DNA of 44,982 nt from a virus: the IMG/VR virus record IMGVR_UViG_3300045988_064885, positions 1-44,982 of that record; one strand, given 5' to 3'. Under the pieces are notes generated by a model. It searched no databases and was not told where the DNA came from. It was given only the letters and a program-made list of their open reading frames with translations. Every line of letters begins with the position of its first letter. The first letter of the stretch is position 1. The translations under genes were made by a program, and so were the position numbers. Shown here piece by piece: positions 6,919-15,313 of the stretch.

Positions 6919-8526
6919 ATGGCGAGAAAAAACAAGAAATTTAGCGCTAAAATAGGCACTCCGAGGGCTAAAAATAGCGGATATAGTGAGGGAGGAGCCT
7001 CTCATAATAACAAATCATTGAAGGGATATAACCCTAGAAAACTGGGTTATAAGGCTGATATTGGTGCAAATCTATCAACTTTACGTGACAGATCCGCAGA
7101 TTTAGCCATCAATACACCAGTCGGAACGGCTGCAATCAATACGAGTACTACTCATACAGTAGGTGCAGGTCTCAACGTGTTCCCTAGACCTAAGTTTCAA
7201 ATCTTGGGAATCAGTGCAGAGGAGGCTAGAGCATGGGCTCGTAAGGTTCGCGCTGAGTTTGACTTATGGGCAGAGTCAAAAGACTGTGATATTTATCGAA
7301 AAAACAATTTATATGATATGCAAAGCATAGCATATCAAGGATATCTCACAGATGGTGATAGTTTTGCGGTATTTAGACGTAAGCCGACAACACCAGATAT
7401 GCCGTATACGTTGCGCCTTCAATTAATTGAAGGTAATCGTGTAAGTAATCCGCTTACTGATTCCACATATGTTACAGGCGACCCAACTGGCGTTGAAGCG
7501 CTTAACCAAGATAATGGGAACCGCATATTGAATGGTGTAGAAATCGATACTGACGGTGCTATTGTAGCCTACTGGGTATCTAATCAAGTACCTGGCGAAC
7601 CGGTTTCAAGCCTGTTAACTACGTGGGCAAGGGTTGAGGCATACGGAAAGCGTACAAGTATTCCTAATGTGCTTCAAATTAGTAATGATACTAGACCGGA
7701 GCAATATAGAGGGGTGCCTTATTTAGCCCCAGTCATTGAAACACTAAAGCAAGTGTATCGGTACACAAATGCAGAACTTACATCTGCGATTATTAAGTCC
7801 TACTTTGCTTTATTCTTTACTGAAGCCGTTACAAACTCCGGTTCGTTAAATGATATGTTGGCCGACAATGGGGTTGATGATCCAACGGAACCAGTAGTTG
7901 ATGTATCAGAATACAATTTAGGACCTGGTACATTAAACGCCTTACCGAAAGGTGTAGACGTAAAGAGTGTTGATGCTTCCAACGCTCAATCTACTTTTGA
8001 AGTATTTAGTACTCAACTCATCAAACAAGTAGGTGCTGCACTTAACCAGCCTTACGAAGTATTGATGAAGAACTTCAACTCCTCGTATTCTGCAAGCCGC
8101 GCAGCAATGTTACAGGCTTGGGAAGAATATAAACTACGGCGTAAGTGGTTCGCTCGTGATTTCTGTCAGCCTATCTATGAAGTGTGGTTAATGGAAGCCG
8201 TAGCGAATGGACGAATAGAGGCACCTGGTTTCTTTGATGATCCATTAATTCGAAAAGCATGGTGCAATGCTGATTGGTTTGGACCGACTATGTCCATCCT
8301 TGACCCAGTTAAGGATATGAATGGCAGTACACTTCGCGTTGAAAATGGAGTTTCCACTCGCGAACGTGAAGCGGCTGAAATGACAGGGACAGACCTTGAA
8401 GAAAACATTGCACAACTTGCATTTGAAAAGCAACTCATGGAGAAATACGGCATGGGGCTAGCTGATGCGGGTAATCCTTCCGTTGGCTCTAAATCTGAAG
8501 CGAAAGGAGGTGAAGAGGATGAATAA
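6919..8526 (+). CDS. Portal protein (lambda gpB-type)
   Basis: 535 aa, placed after TerL/gpW and before the head protease, with an acidic C-terminus. Confidence 0.75.
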   Translation: MARKNKKFSAKIGTPRAKNSGYSEGGASHNNKSLKGYNPRKLGYKADIGANLSTLRDRSADLAINTPVGTAAINTSTTHTVGAGLNVFPRPKFQILGISAEEARAWARKVRAEFDLWAESKDCDIYRKNNLYDMQSIAYQGYLTDGDSFAVFRRKPTTPDMPYTLRLQLIEGNRVSNPLTDSTYVTGDPTGVEALNQDNGNRILNGVEIDTDGAIVAYWVSNQVPGEPVSSLLTTWARVEAYGKRTSIPNVLQISNDTRPEQYRGVPYLAPVIETLKQVYRYTNAELTSAIIKSYFALFFTEAVTNSGSLNDMLADNGVDDPTEPVVDVSEYNLGPGTLNALPKGVDVKSVDASNAQSTFEVFSTQLIKQVGAALNQPYEVLMKNFNSSYSASRAAMLQAWEEYKLRRKWFARDFCQPIYEVWLMEAVANGRIEAPGFFDDPLIRKAWCNADWFGPTMSILDPVKDMNGSTLRVENGVSTREREAAEMTGTDLEENIAQLAFEKQLMEKYGMGLADAGNPSVGSKSEAKGGEEDE

Positions 8527-9601
8527 ATTTTGGTCTGTTAAGAATTTTGTAAATCAAAATGGTACTGGCCAATCTGAGTTGATTTTATATGGTGATATTT
8601 CTGAGACTTCTTGGTGGGGCGATGAAATTACACCACGTGAATTTGCAAGTGACTTAGCTAGTTGTAATGGTAATGAATTAACAATGCGCATCAACTCTGG
8701 AGGTGGTGACGTATTCGCGGCACAAGCTATCCACAATATGATCAAAGCCTATACTGGAAAAGTAACAGCACACATTGATGGCTTATGCGCGAGTGCAGCT
8801 ACAATTATCGCATGTGCGGCTGATAAGGTAATCATGCCAAGCAATGCTCTGTACATGATTCATAATCCATCTGTATTTTTAGGCGACAGCTTTGATGCGG
8901 ACGGACTAACTAAAATGGCGAATTATTTGGAGAGTGTTAAACAAACCATTGCAAATGTTTATCTAAGTCGTAGTGATGTTTTGACGCCCGAGCAGATAAA
9001 TACACTTATGGATGACGAAACGTGGCTTACAGCGGATGAGGCGAAGTCCTACGGCCTAATTGATGAAGTAGACACGGCGATTACTGATAAGGCTGTTATG
9101 AATGATGGGATGGTTATCGTTAACAAAGTATCTTGCAAATATTCGGCCAAAAATGAAGCCAAAATCAAACAATTTTTAAAACATAAGGAGAAACCTATGA
9201 CTGAAAACCAATTCATGGCAAGCTTAAAAGGTTTGCTCGGTATTTCTACAAACGAGCCCGCGGAAAATGCAGCAGTAACAGCAGAACGCGAACGCGTTGA
9301 AACCTTAAACGCACTAAAAGGGAACAATGAAGTTATCAATCGTTTAGTAGATGTGGCTGTTAAAGAAGGTAAAACTGTAGATGAAGTAACACCTTTCATC
9401 TCCGCCGTATCCGATATTCCTGTAACTGATAACAAAGTAGTCGACCAAATTCGACAATTGGTTATCGATCAAATGGAATCCGGTGCGGATGAAGTGGCAC
9501 CTCAAGGTGCATCTACACCAGAAACCAATGATGCAGTAGCTAAAGCTAGTGCAATTGATGAAGTTGTAGCATATGCAAATGCTAAGAAAGGCGGTAAATA
9601 A
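8519..9601 (+). CDS. Head maturation protease (ClpP/S49 family) fused to a scaffold-like C-terminal region
   Basis: ATG 8519 follows AAAGGAGG and overlaps the portal stop. Protease-like motifs are INSGGGDVFAAQAIHNMI and GLCASAATIIACAADKVIMP. The C-terminal half is helical and acidic. Confidence 0.75.
   Translation: MNKFWSVKNFVNQNGTGQSELILYGDISETSWWGDEITPREFASDLASCNGNELTMRINSGGGDVFAAQAIHNMIKAYTGKVTAHIDGLCASAATIIACAADKVIMPSNALYMIHNPSVFLGDSFDADGLTKMANYLESVKQTIANVYLSRSDVLTPEQINTLMDDETWLTADEAKSYGLIDEVDTAITDKAVMNDGMVIVNKVSCKYSAKNEAKIKQFLKHKEKPMTENQFMASLKGLLGISTNEPAENAAVTAERERVETLNALKGNNEVINRLVDVAVKEGKTVDEVTPFISAVSDIPVTDNKVVDQIRQLVIDQMESGADEVAPQGASTPETNDAVAKASAIDEVVAYANAKKGGK
9197..9601 (+). CDS. 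Nested in-frame scaffolding protein (lambda Nu3-like arrangement), putative
   Basis: An internal in-frame ATG 9197 is preceded by AAGGAG at 7-nt spacing. It would encode the C-terminal 134 aa of the protease ORF. Confidence 0.4.
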   Translation: MTENQFMASLKGLLGISTNEPAENAAVTAERERVETLNALKGNNEVINRLVDVAVKEGKTVDEVTPFISAVSDIPVTDNKVVDQIRQLVIDQMESGADEVAPQGASTPETNDAVAKASAIDEVVAYANAKKGGK

Positions 9602-9939
9602 TGGCGTATTTCGAACAAGTAAATGGCGTCGCAGCTGATTACCTATTAGGTGGTGGCGGTGTGCCTGTATTAACTCAAAATGTAAAAGCAGCAGTTGGTG
9701 AATATAAACGCGGCCAAGTTCTTGAAAATAACTCTGGTACGTTCCAAAAAATTGCAAGTGGTAAACCTGCAGGTATCGTGGTATCCGACACTACTACAAC
9801 TACTGATCACAATGTAGTGACTGTATATGTCTCTGGTCGCTTTAATCGAGAAGTATTGGTAGTTGACAAAGCTTACAAAATTAATGAACATGAAGCGGAT
9901 TTTAAAGACGCTCACTTATTCTTAACTAGCATTAAATAG
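9601..9939 (+). CDS. Head decoration protein (lambda gpD-like, by position and size)
   Basis: A 112-aa ORF immediately upstream of the gpE-type capsid gene. Confidence 0.5.
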   Translation: MAYFEQVNGVAADYLLGGGGVPVLTQNVKAAVGEYKRGQVLENNSGTFQKIASGKPAGIVVSDTTTTTDHNVVTVYVSGRFNREVLVVDKAYKINEHEADFKDAHLFLTSIK

Positions 9940-9952
9940 GGGGAACTATATA

Positions 9953-11002
9953 ATGGCAATTGATTTCAAAGATACATTATCTTTAATGCAAGCTGTAGAA
10001 CGAATGAAAACTCCGGCAAGTTTCTTGCTTGATACTTTCTTCCCACAAGTTCCGGCAGTTGCAACTTCTAAAAAAATCGCAGTAGAAACTCGTAAACGTG
10101 GTCGCACTCTAGCACCTTTTGTATCTCGTGGCGCATCTGGTGTAAATGTTAAACGTGCCGGCTCTAAAATTGCTTTATATGAAGCGCCTATGATGGGCCC
10201 TCGTACAGTAATTGATCCTGAGCAACTTGACCAACGTGCATTTGCGGAAAATATTGTATCTACAATGACACCTGCGCAACGTGCGGCACAAATGCAAGCT
10301 GAAGATTTGTCTTATTTGCAAGGCACAATCATCAATCGTAAAAATAAAATGGCGGCCGATTTGCTTACCACTGGTAAATGCAAAATCGAAGGTTATGCTG
10401 ATGACGGTGCGACTGTTCTAACTGATGAAATTGATTTTGAATTTGAACAAGACATCACACCTACTACTGCATGGGACCAAGCTGGTGCCGATATTTATGG
10501 CGACTTGAAAATGGCGTCCGAAAAAATTCAGGAAAACGCAGGAATCGTACCAACTGTATTAGTTGTCGGTAAGAATGTTGAAAAATATATTCTTGATAAC
10601 GCATCTATCAACAAGATGTTGGCTATTCCTAATCGTGAAAACATGACAATGTTTAACTTTGCGCCTGAATACTTATCTCCACAAGTTCGATATGTTGGCC
10701 GTATCATGTCCTTAAACATTGATGTGTATGCATATCTTGAAACATATCAAGATGATGAAGGCAAGGTAAAATCCTTTATCGGTGATGATGCTGCGGTATT
10801 AGGTGTTCCTGGCCGTGGCCGTCAACAACATGCAGCAGTAACATTGCTTAACGATGACAACCAATTCACAACATATGCAGGTATTTATGTACCTTATTAC
10901 TATGCTAATAAAGCTACACAAGAATTAACATTATCTGTATACTCCCGTTGTGTATTGATTCCTGAAACTATCGATGATTGGGCTACTATTAAGACTAAAT
11001 AG
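9953..11002 (+). CDS. Major capsid protein (lambda gpE family)
   Basis: 349 aa, following the protease/scaffold/decoration genes; the position and size match the gpE family. Confidence 0.75.
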   Translation: MAIDFKDTLSLMQAVERMKTPASFLLDTFFPQVPAVATSKKIAVETRKRGRTLAPFVSRGASGVNVKRAGSKIALYEAPMMGPRTVIDPEQLDQRAFAENIVSTMTPAQRAAQMQAEDLSYLQGTIINRKNKMAADLLTTGKCKIEGYADDGATVLTDEIDFEFEQDITPTTAWDQAGADIYGDLKMASEKIQENAGIVPTVLVVGKNVEKYILDNASINKMLAIPNRENMTMFNFAPEYLSPQVRYVGRIMSLNIDVYAYLETYQDDEGKVKSFIGDDAAVLGVPGRGRQQHAAVTLLNDDNQFTTYAGIYVPYYYANKATQELTLSVYSRCVLIPETIDDWATIKTK

Positions 11003-11016
11003 GGGGTAACCTACTT

Positions 11017-11253
11017 ATGAAAATCAGAGTATTAAAGGGTTATTTAGCACACGAAGGCGAGATGTATGGTAAGGGCGAAGTAGTCGATATCAAAAAGAAA
11101 GCAGTCGCGTTGTCCTTGCTTGAATCTGATAAGTTTGAATCTGCTGAAGATGATCCTATTGAAGCGCCGAAGCCATTGGAAGTCGTTCCAGATGAACCGG
11201 AAGAAGAAATGGAATTACCTGAAGTTGATGCGGAAGTTACGGTGAAAAAATAA
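11017..11253 (+). CDS. Small acidic virion-module protein, unknown function
   Basis: A 78-aa ORF in the head-tail joining region with an acidic PE-rich C-terminus. Confidence 0.45.
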   Translation: MKIRVLKGYLAHEGEMYGKGEVVDIKKKAVALSLLESDKFESAEDDPIEAPKPLEVVPDEPEEEMELPEVDAEVTVKK

Positions 11254-11606
11254 TGCGATTTAGAGATTACCTAGAAAGCGATATTGACGATGTATTCCTA
11301 AATGAGGACGAATTCGCCGAAGGGCATGATCTAAATGGCACAGTAGCTAAAGCGGTTATTCAATCGCCAACGGCGAGAGAGTCATTCTTGTCGAATGGCT
11401 CTCACGTATCAAATGACGGATTGCACGGGGTGTCTGTATTTGTGCATTGCAAATTAAAGGACATCCCTGAAATTCCATCACAGGGGAACGTATTCCGATT
11501 AGACGGAGACGTTTACGTCGTTCAAAGTGCAATGGAAGAAGATGGGTTAGTATCCATTGAATTAAGAGCAGAAGCTAGAGGCGGTGTTGACGGATGGTTG
11601 AGCTAG
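11253..11606 (+). CDS. Head-tail connector/adaptor candidate, unknown family
   Basis: A 117-aa ORF, translationally coupled (TAATG) to the previous gene. Confidence 0.45.
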   Translation: MRFRDYLESDIDDVFLNEDEFAEGHDLNGTVAKAVIQSPTARESFLSNGSHVSNDGLHGVSVFVHCKLKDIPEIPSQGNVFRLDGDVYVVQSAMEEDGLVSIELRAEARGGVDGWLS

Positions 11607-12127
11607 AACTTGATAAAAGTGCAGTGGCAACAATTGAAAAAGCACTGGAAACGTTAAAAGAAGATAGAGTTCGACGTGTCTGCCAAGCCGCATCAAAGCG
11701 TGCAGCAACAACTGCAAGAAAAGCAGGCACGCAAGCACTACGCAATATCTATGCTATCAAAGGTGTATCGGTTGTAAAGTCCGGTGTATCTATCAATAAA
11801 TTGAATGATGGCACAGAAATGCGTATCAAAGGTGGCTATACTAGCGCTCAAAAGTACTTCAAAATTAAATCACTTAAGCGAAAAGGTGTGTTTGTATCGA
11901 TTAAAAAAGCTACAGAAACAAAGGTACCAAACGGCTTTGTTAGTGCATCCGGTATCTTTATGAAACGCCAAGGCAAGGACAGATATCCGTTAAAGGGAAT
12001 ATATGGGCCAGCCTTACCGCAAATGTTTGGTAATGAAACTGTTATGAATGCCATGCAAAAGGAAGGCATGGAAATGTATGAAAAGCGCTTATATCACGAA
12101 TTAGAGCGCGCGTTAGGAGGTAACTAA
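11594..12127 (+). CDS. Head/tail completion protein candidate
   Basis: A 177-aa basic ORF in the neck-gene position, overlapping its neighbours. Confidence 0.45.
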   Translation: MVELELDKSAVATIEKALETLKEDRVRRVCQAASKRAATTARKAGTQALRNIYAIKGVSVVKSGVSINKLNDGTEMRIKGGYTSAQKYFKIKSLKRKGVFVSIKKATETKVPNGFVSASGIFMKRQGKDRYPLKGIYGPALPQMFGNETVMNAMQKEGMEMYEKRLYHELERALGGN

Positions 12128-12606
12128 TGACGCCATTAGATGTATCAGATGGTATTGCTAAATATCTCATGAATGAGTTACGAAAGCTGAATGAAAACAG
12201 TGATGTTACCGAAAGACCTATTCGAGTATGGAGCGGTTTCTTACCAAGAGTGGACAAGAATGAAGACAAGCGCAAATTATGCCCGGCCGTAGTAGTGCAT
12301 CCGTACTCTGTTAGTGATGCAGATAGTTCGACGGTAGGTATTACTGTATTGGTAACTACTTATGATGAAGCCTTAACTGAAGGCCATGTCGGACTATATC
12401 ACCTATTAGAGGTAGTGCGTGAGCGGTTGTTATCTGATAATCCGGTAGCACTTAAATATGAAATTAAGGAGAATACCATTAATACAACAATTCCTGATGA
12501 TCAACCATACCCTCAATGGGTTGGGTATCTTGAATTTGAAGTGTATATTCCTGTTATTCGTAGGAATCTAAATAAGATATTCACGGATAACAAAGTAATT
12601 GAATAG
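12127..12606 (+). CDS. Tail completion / neck protein candidate
   Basis: A 159-aa ORF coupled to the upstream gene, lying before the sheath gene. Confidence 0.45.
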   Translation: MTPLDVSDGIAKYLMNELRKLNENSDVTERPIRVWSGFLPRVDKNEDKRKLCPAVVVHPYSVSDADSSTVGITVLVTTYDEALTEGHVGLYHLLEVVRERLLSDNPVALKYEIKENTINTTIPDDQPYPQWVGYLEFEVYIPVIRRNLNKIFTDNKVIE

Positions 12607-12615
12607 GAGACAACG

Positions 12616-12843
12616 ATGAACCCTGTTGTATATGTTGGGCCTTCGTTCCGCAGTAGCCGGCTAAACCAATTCATGGTTTTTAGCGACGGTGCACCACTGC
12701 CGGAAGCGGAAGACCCTATTTTTATGCATTTATTCGTGCCTTTAGGTGAGCTTAATCAGGCAATGATTGACGTCAAAACACAAGGGACACAATTAAATGT
12801 ATTTTATGTAAACGCATTGAAAAATTATAAAGGAGTGAAGTAA
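12616..12843 (+). CDS. Small virion-module protein, unknown function
   Basis: A 75-aa ORF after a GGAGA RBS, directly before the sheath gene. Confidence 0.4.
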   Translation: MNPVVYVGPSFRSSRLNQFMVFSDGAPLPEAEDPIFMHLFVPLGELNQAMIDVKTQGTQLNVFYVNALKNYKGVK

Positions 12844-14283
12844 ATGGCCTTTTATCATGGCGTCAAAACAAGTGAGCAAGCTACCTCTGTAATTGCTCCT
12901 ATCCAAACTACTGCCGGCCTTCCTGTTGTGTTCGGTACTGCACCTGTACACCTTACAGAAGACCCTAGTGCGGTAGTCAACAAGCCAATCATCTGCTACA
13001 GCTGGGAAGAAGCTGTTCAACAACTTGGCTACTCTGAAGATTGGGCACATTTCACATTATGTGAAGCGATGTACGCACAATTCAAATTGTATGGTGTAGC
13101 TCCAATTGTATTTGTTAATGTATTGGATCCTGCTAAGCACAAGAAATCCACTACAACAACTGCTACATTGGCAGAAAAGAAATGTGTAGTAAAAGCAGCA
13201 GTATTGCTTAATACATTAAAAGTATCTAGTGCTGGCCAAGCGGGTGTAGCTAACACAGATTACACGGCAGCTTTTGATGACAAAAATCAATTGGTTATCT
13301 CCGTTGTAAAAGGTGGAAAATTTGATACAGCTACTACATTGAACCTTACTTATGATGAACTTGATGTAGAAAACTTTGATTATAGAAATGTAATCGGCGG
13401 GGTGGATAGCAACGATAAAGCAACCGGCTTTGAATTGATTGATACAATTTATCATCATTTCGGCATTGTGCCAGGGCTTATTGCTGCGCCGGGCTTCTCT
13501 CAAAATCCTACAGTAGCATCCGTTATGAAGGCAAAATCTCGTGTCATTAACAACTTATTTAGAGCGACAACATTAGTTGATATCGATACTACGCAAGTTG
13601 TTAAATACACTGATGCTTATGAATGGAAGAAAGGTAATAGCTATACGGGCGAATCCGAAGTCGTATGTTGGCCAAAAGTTCGTAATGGCGACTATGTGTT
13701 CCATATGTCTACACACATTATGGGCATTATGGGTAAATGCGATGCGTCTAATAGCGATATTCCTACGCTATCCCCTTCTAATAAATCTATGAACATCACA
13801 GGTTTATGTTTGGCTAATGGCAAGGAAGTTATGCTTACGCATTCTCAAGCGAACTTATTGAACTCTCAAGGTATTATGACGGCCGTTAACATCAACGGTT
13901 GGGTATCTTGGGGCAACTATACAGGTGCATATCCTGGCACAACTGATGTTAAGGATACATTCATTTGTGTACGTCGTTTCAATGATTGGGATGACCAAAC
14001 ATTCATCTTAACGTATTGGCAAAAAGTGGATATGCCTATCTTGCCACGTAATATCAAAACAATTCTTGATAGTGAAACAATTCGTCTTAACGGGCTTTCT
14101 TCTCGTGGCTTTATTTTGGGCGGTCGTATTGAATTTAAAGAAGCAGAAAACCCTACAACAGACTTGTTGAATGGTATTATTCGCTTCCATAAATACCGTA
14201 CACCACCAATTCCAGCGCAAGAAATTGAAAGCATTTCTGAATACGATGTTTCCTATTTCAAAACATTATTTCAAACAGTATAG
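12844..14283 (+). CDS. Contractile tail sheath protein
   Basis: 479 aa, immediately upstream of the tube and chaperone genes, in a P2/Mu-type order. Confidence 0.8.
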   Translation: MAFYHGVKTSEQATSVIAPIQTTAGLPVVFGTAPVHLTEDPSAVVNKPIICYSWEEAVQQLGYSEDWAHFTLCEAMYAQFKLYGVAPIVFVNVLDPAKHKKSTTTTATLAEKKCVVKAAVLLNTLKVSSAGQAGVANTDYTAAFDDKNQLVISVVKGGKFDTATTLNLTYDELDVENFDYRNVIGGVDSNDKATGFELIDTIYHHFGIVPGLIAAPGFSQNPTVASVMKAKSRVINNLFRATTLVDIDTTQVVKYTDAYEWKKGNSYTGESEVVCWPKVRNGDYVFHMSTHIMGIMGKCDASNSDIPTLSPSNKSMNITGLCLANGKEVMLTHSQANLLNSQGIMTAVNINGWVSWGNYTGAYPGTTDVKDTFICVRRFNDWDDQTFILTYWQKVDMPILPRNIKTILDSETIRLNGLSSRGFILGGRIEFKEAENPTTDLLNGIIRFHKYRTPPIPAQEIESISEYDVSYFKTLFQTV

Positions 14284-14299
14284 AAAGGGGTAATTAATC

Positions 14300-14833
14300 A
14301 TGGCATCTATCAACCAAGTGCCGGAAGTGCTTAATGACTTCCGTGTATATGAAGAAGGTTCTGACAACTGTTTAGGTGTTGCCAAAGTAGAATTACCTAG
14401 TGAATCTGTAATGACTCAAACTGTAAAAGGTGTGGGCATAGCAGGTGAAGTAGAAGCGCCAGTTATTGGGCACTACTCTTCTATGGAAACTAAACTTACT
14501 TGGAACACTCCAACAGAAACTACACACCGCCTTACAGGTGGACGCGGCGTGCGCTTAGAAGTACGCGGCGCTATCCAATGTTGGGATAGTGGTAAAGATA
14601 AATATGTAATTGTGCCTACACGTGCTGTTATTCGTGGCCGTGCTAAATCTAAAGAAAACGGCACATATGAATCTGGCAATACTATTGATGCAACGAACAC
14701 AATCGAAACCACATATTTGAAATTAGAACAAAACGGTAAGGTAGTTCGTGAAATCGATAAATACGCATATAAGGATTCTATTTCTGATGGTACGGACTTC
14801 CTTGGCGATGTTCGTGCTGCACTCGGTATTTAG
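14300..14833 (+). CDS. Tail tube protein
   Basis: 177 aa, between the sheath gene and the frameshifted chaperone pair. Confidence 0.75.
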   Translation: MASINQVPEVLNDFRVYEEGSDNCLGVAKVELPSESVMTQTVKGVGIAGEVEAPVIGHYSSMETKLTWNTPTETTHRLTGGRGVRLEVRGAIQCWDSGKDKYVIVPTRAVIRGRAKSKENGTYESGNTIDATNTIETTYLKLEQNGKVVREIDKYAYKDSISDGTDFLGDVRAALGI

Positions 14834-14855
14834 TCTGTAGAAAGGACGATCACTA

Positions 14856-15143
14856 ATGAGTAAACAAAGTACTATGAACGAAACAACTGGTATTGAATTA
14901 GTAAAAGCAGGTCATTCCTTACAATTTGAAGGAATCAGCGGTTATACATTAATTAAATGTGAGAAGTCTGCAAAGAATGAAGATAGAACTATCACAGTTC
15001 CTGCATTATCCATGACGTATCAAGCACATGTAGCAGCTGCTGCATGTGCTTGTAAAGTGGATGATATTTATAGTCTTCCGGCTGCTGATTTTACTAGAGT
15101 GTGCTTAGAGGTACAGAATTTTTTGCTCAATTCCGAAAAATAA
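14856..15143 (+). CDS. Tail assembly chaperone (P2 gpE-like), zero-frame product
   Basis: A 95-aa ORF before the tape measure gene, carrying the slippery heptamer T_TTT_TTG near its 3' end. Confidence 0.7.
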   Translation: MSKQSTMNETTGIELVKAGHSLQFEGISGYTLIKCEKSAKNEDRTITVPALSMTYQAHVAAAACACKVDDIYSLPAADFTRVCLEVQNFLLNSEK

Positions 15144-15313
15144 CTGACCTAGAAAGGTATTTTACAGAGTGTGCGATTACGTGTAGTAAATACACAAGCA
15201 CGCCAATGGATTACTTTGTTCGAGAGCTAGACGTGGATGAGTTCATAGTCCACGTTCAGCTCATTAGTGATGGTATCGAGCGTGAGAATAAAGCGATGAA
15301 AGGGAGAAAATAA
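14856..15313 (+). CDS. Tail assembly chaperone, -1 frameshift fusion product (P2 gpE+E'-like)
   Basis: The -1 frame is open from the slip site to 15313, which abuts the tape-measure ATG. The ORF 15101..15313 has no credible RBS or start of its own. Confidence 0.6.
15119..15125 (+). promoter_or_regulatory. Programmed -1 ribosomal frameshift slippery heptamer T_TTT_TTG
   Basis: The zero-frame codons are aaT TTT TTG, which fits the X_XXY_YYZ pattern. Confidence 0.6.
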
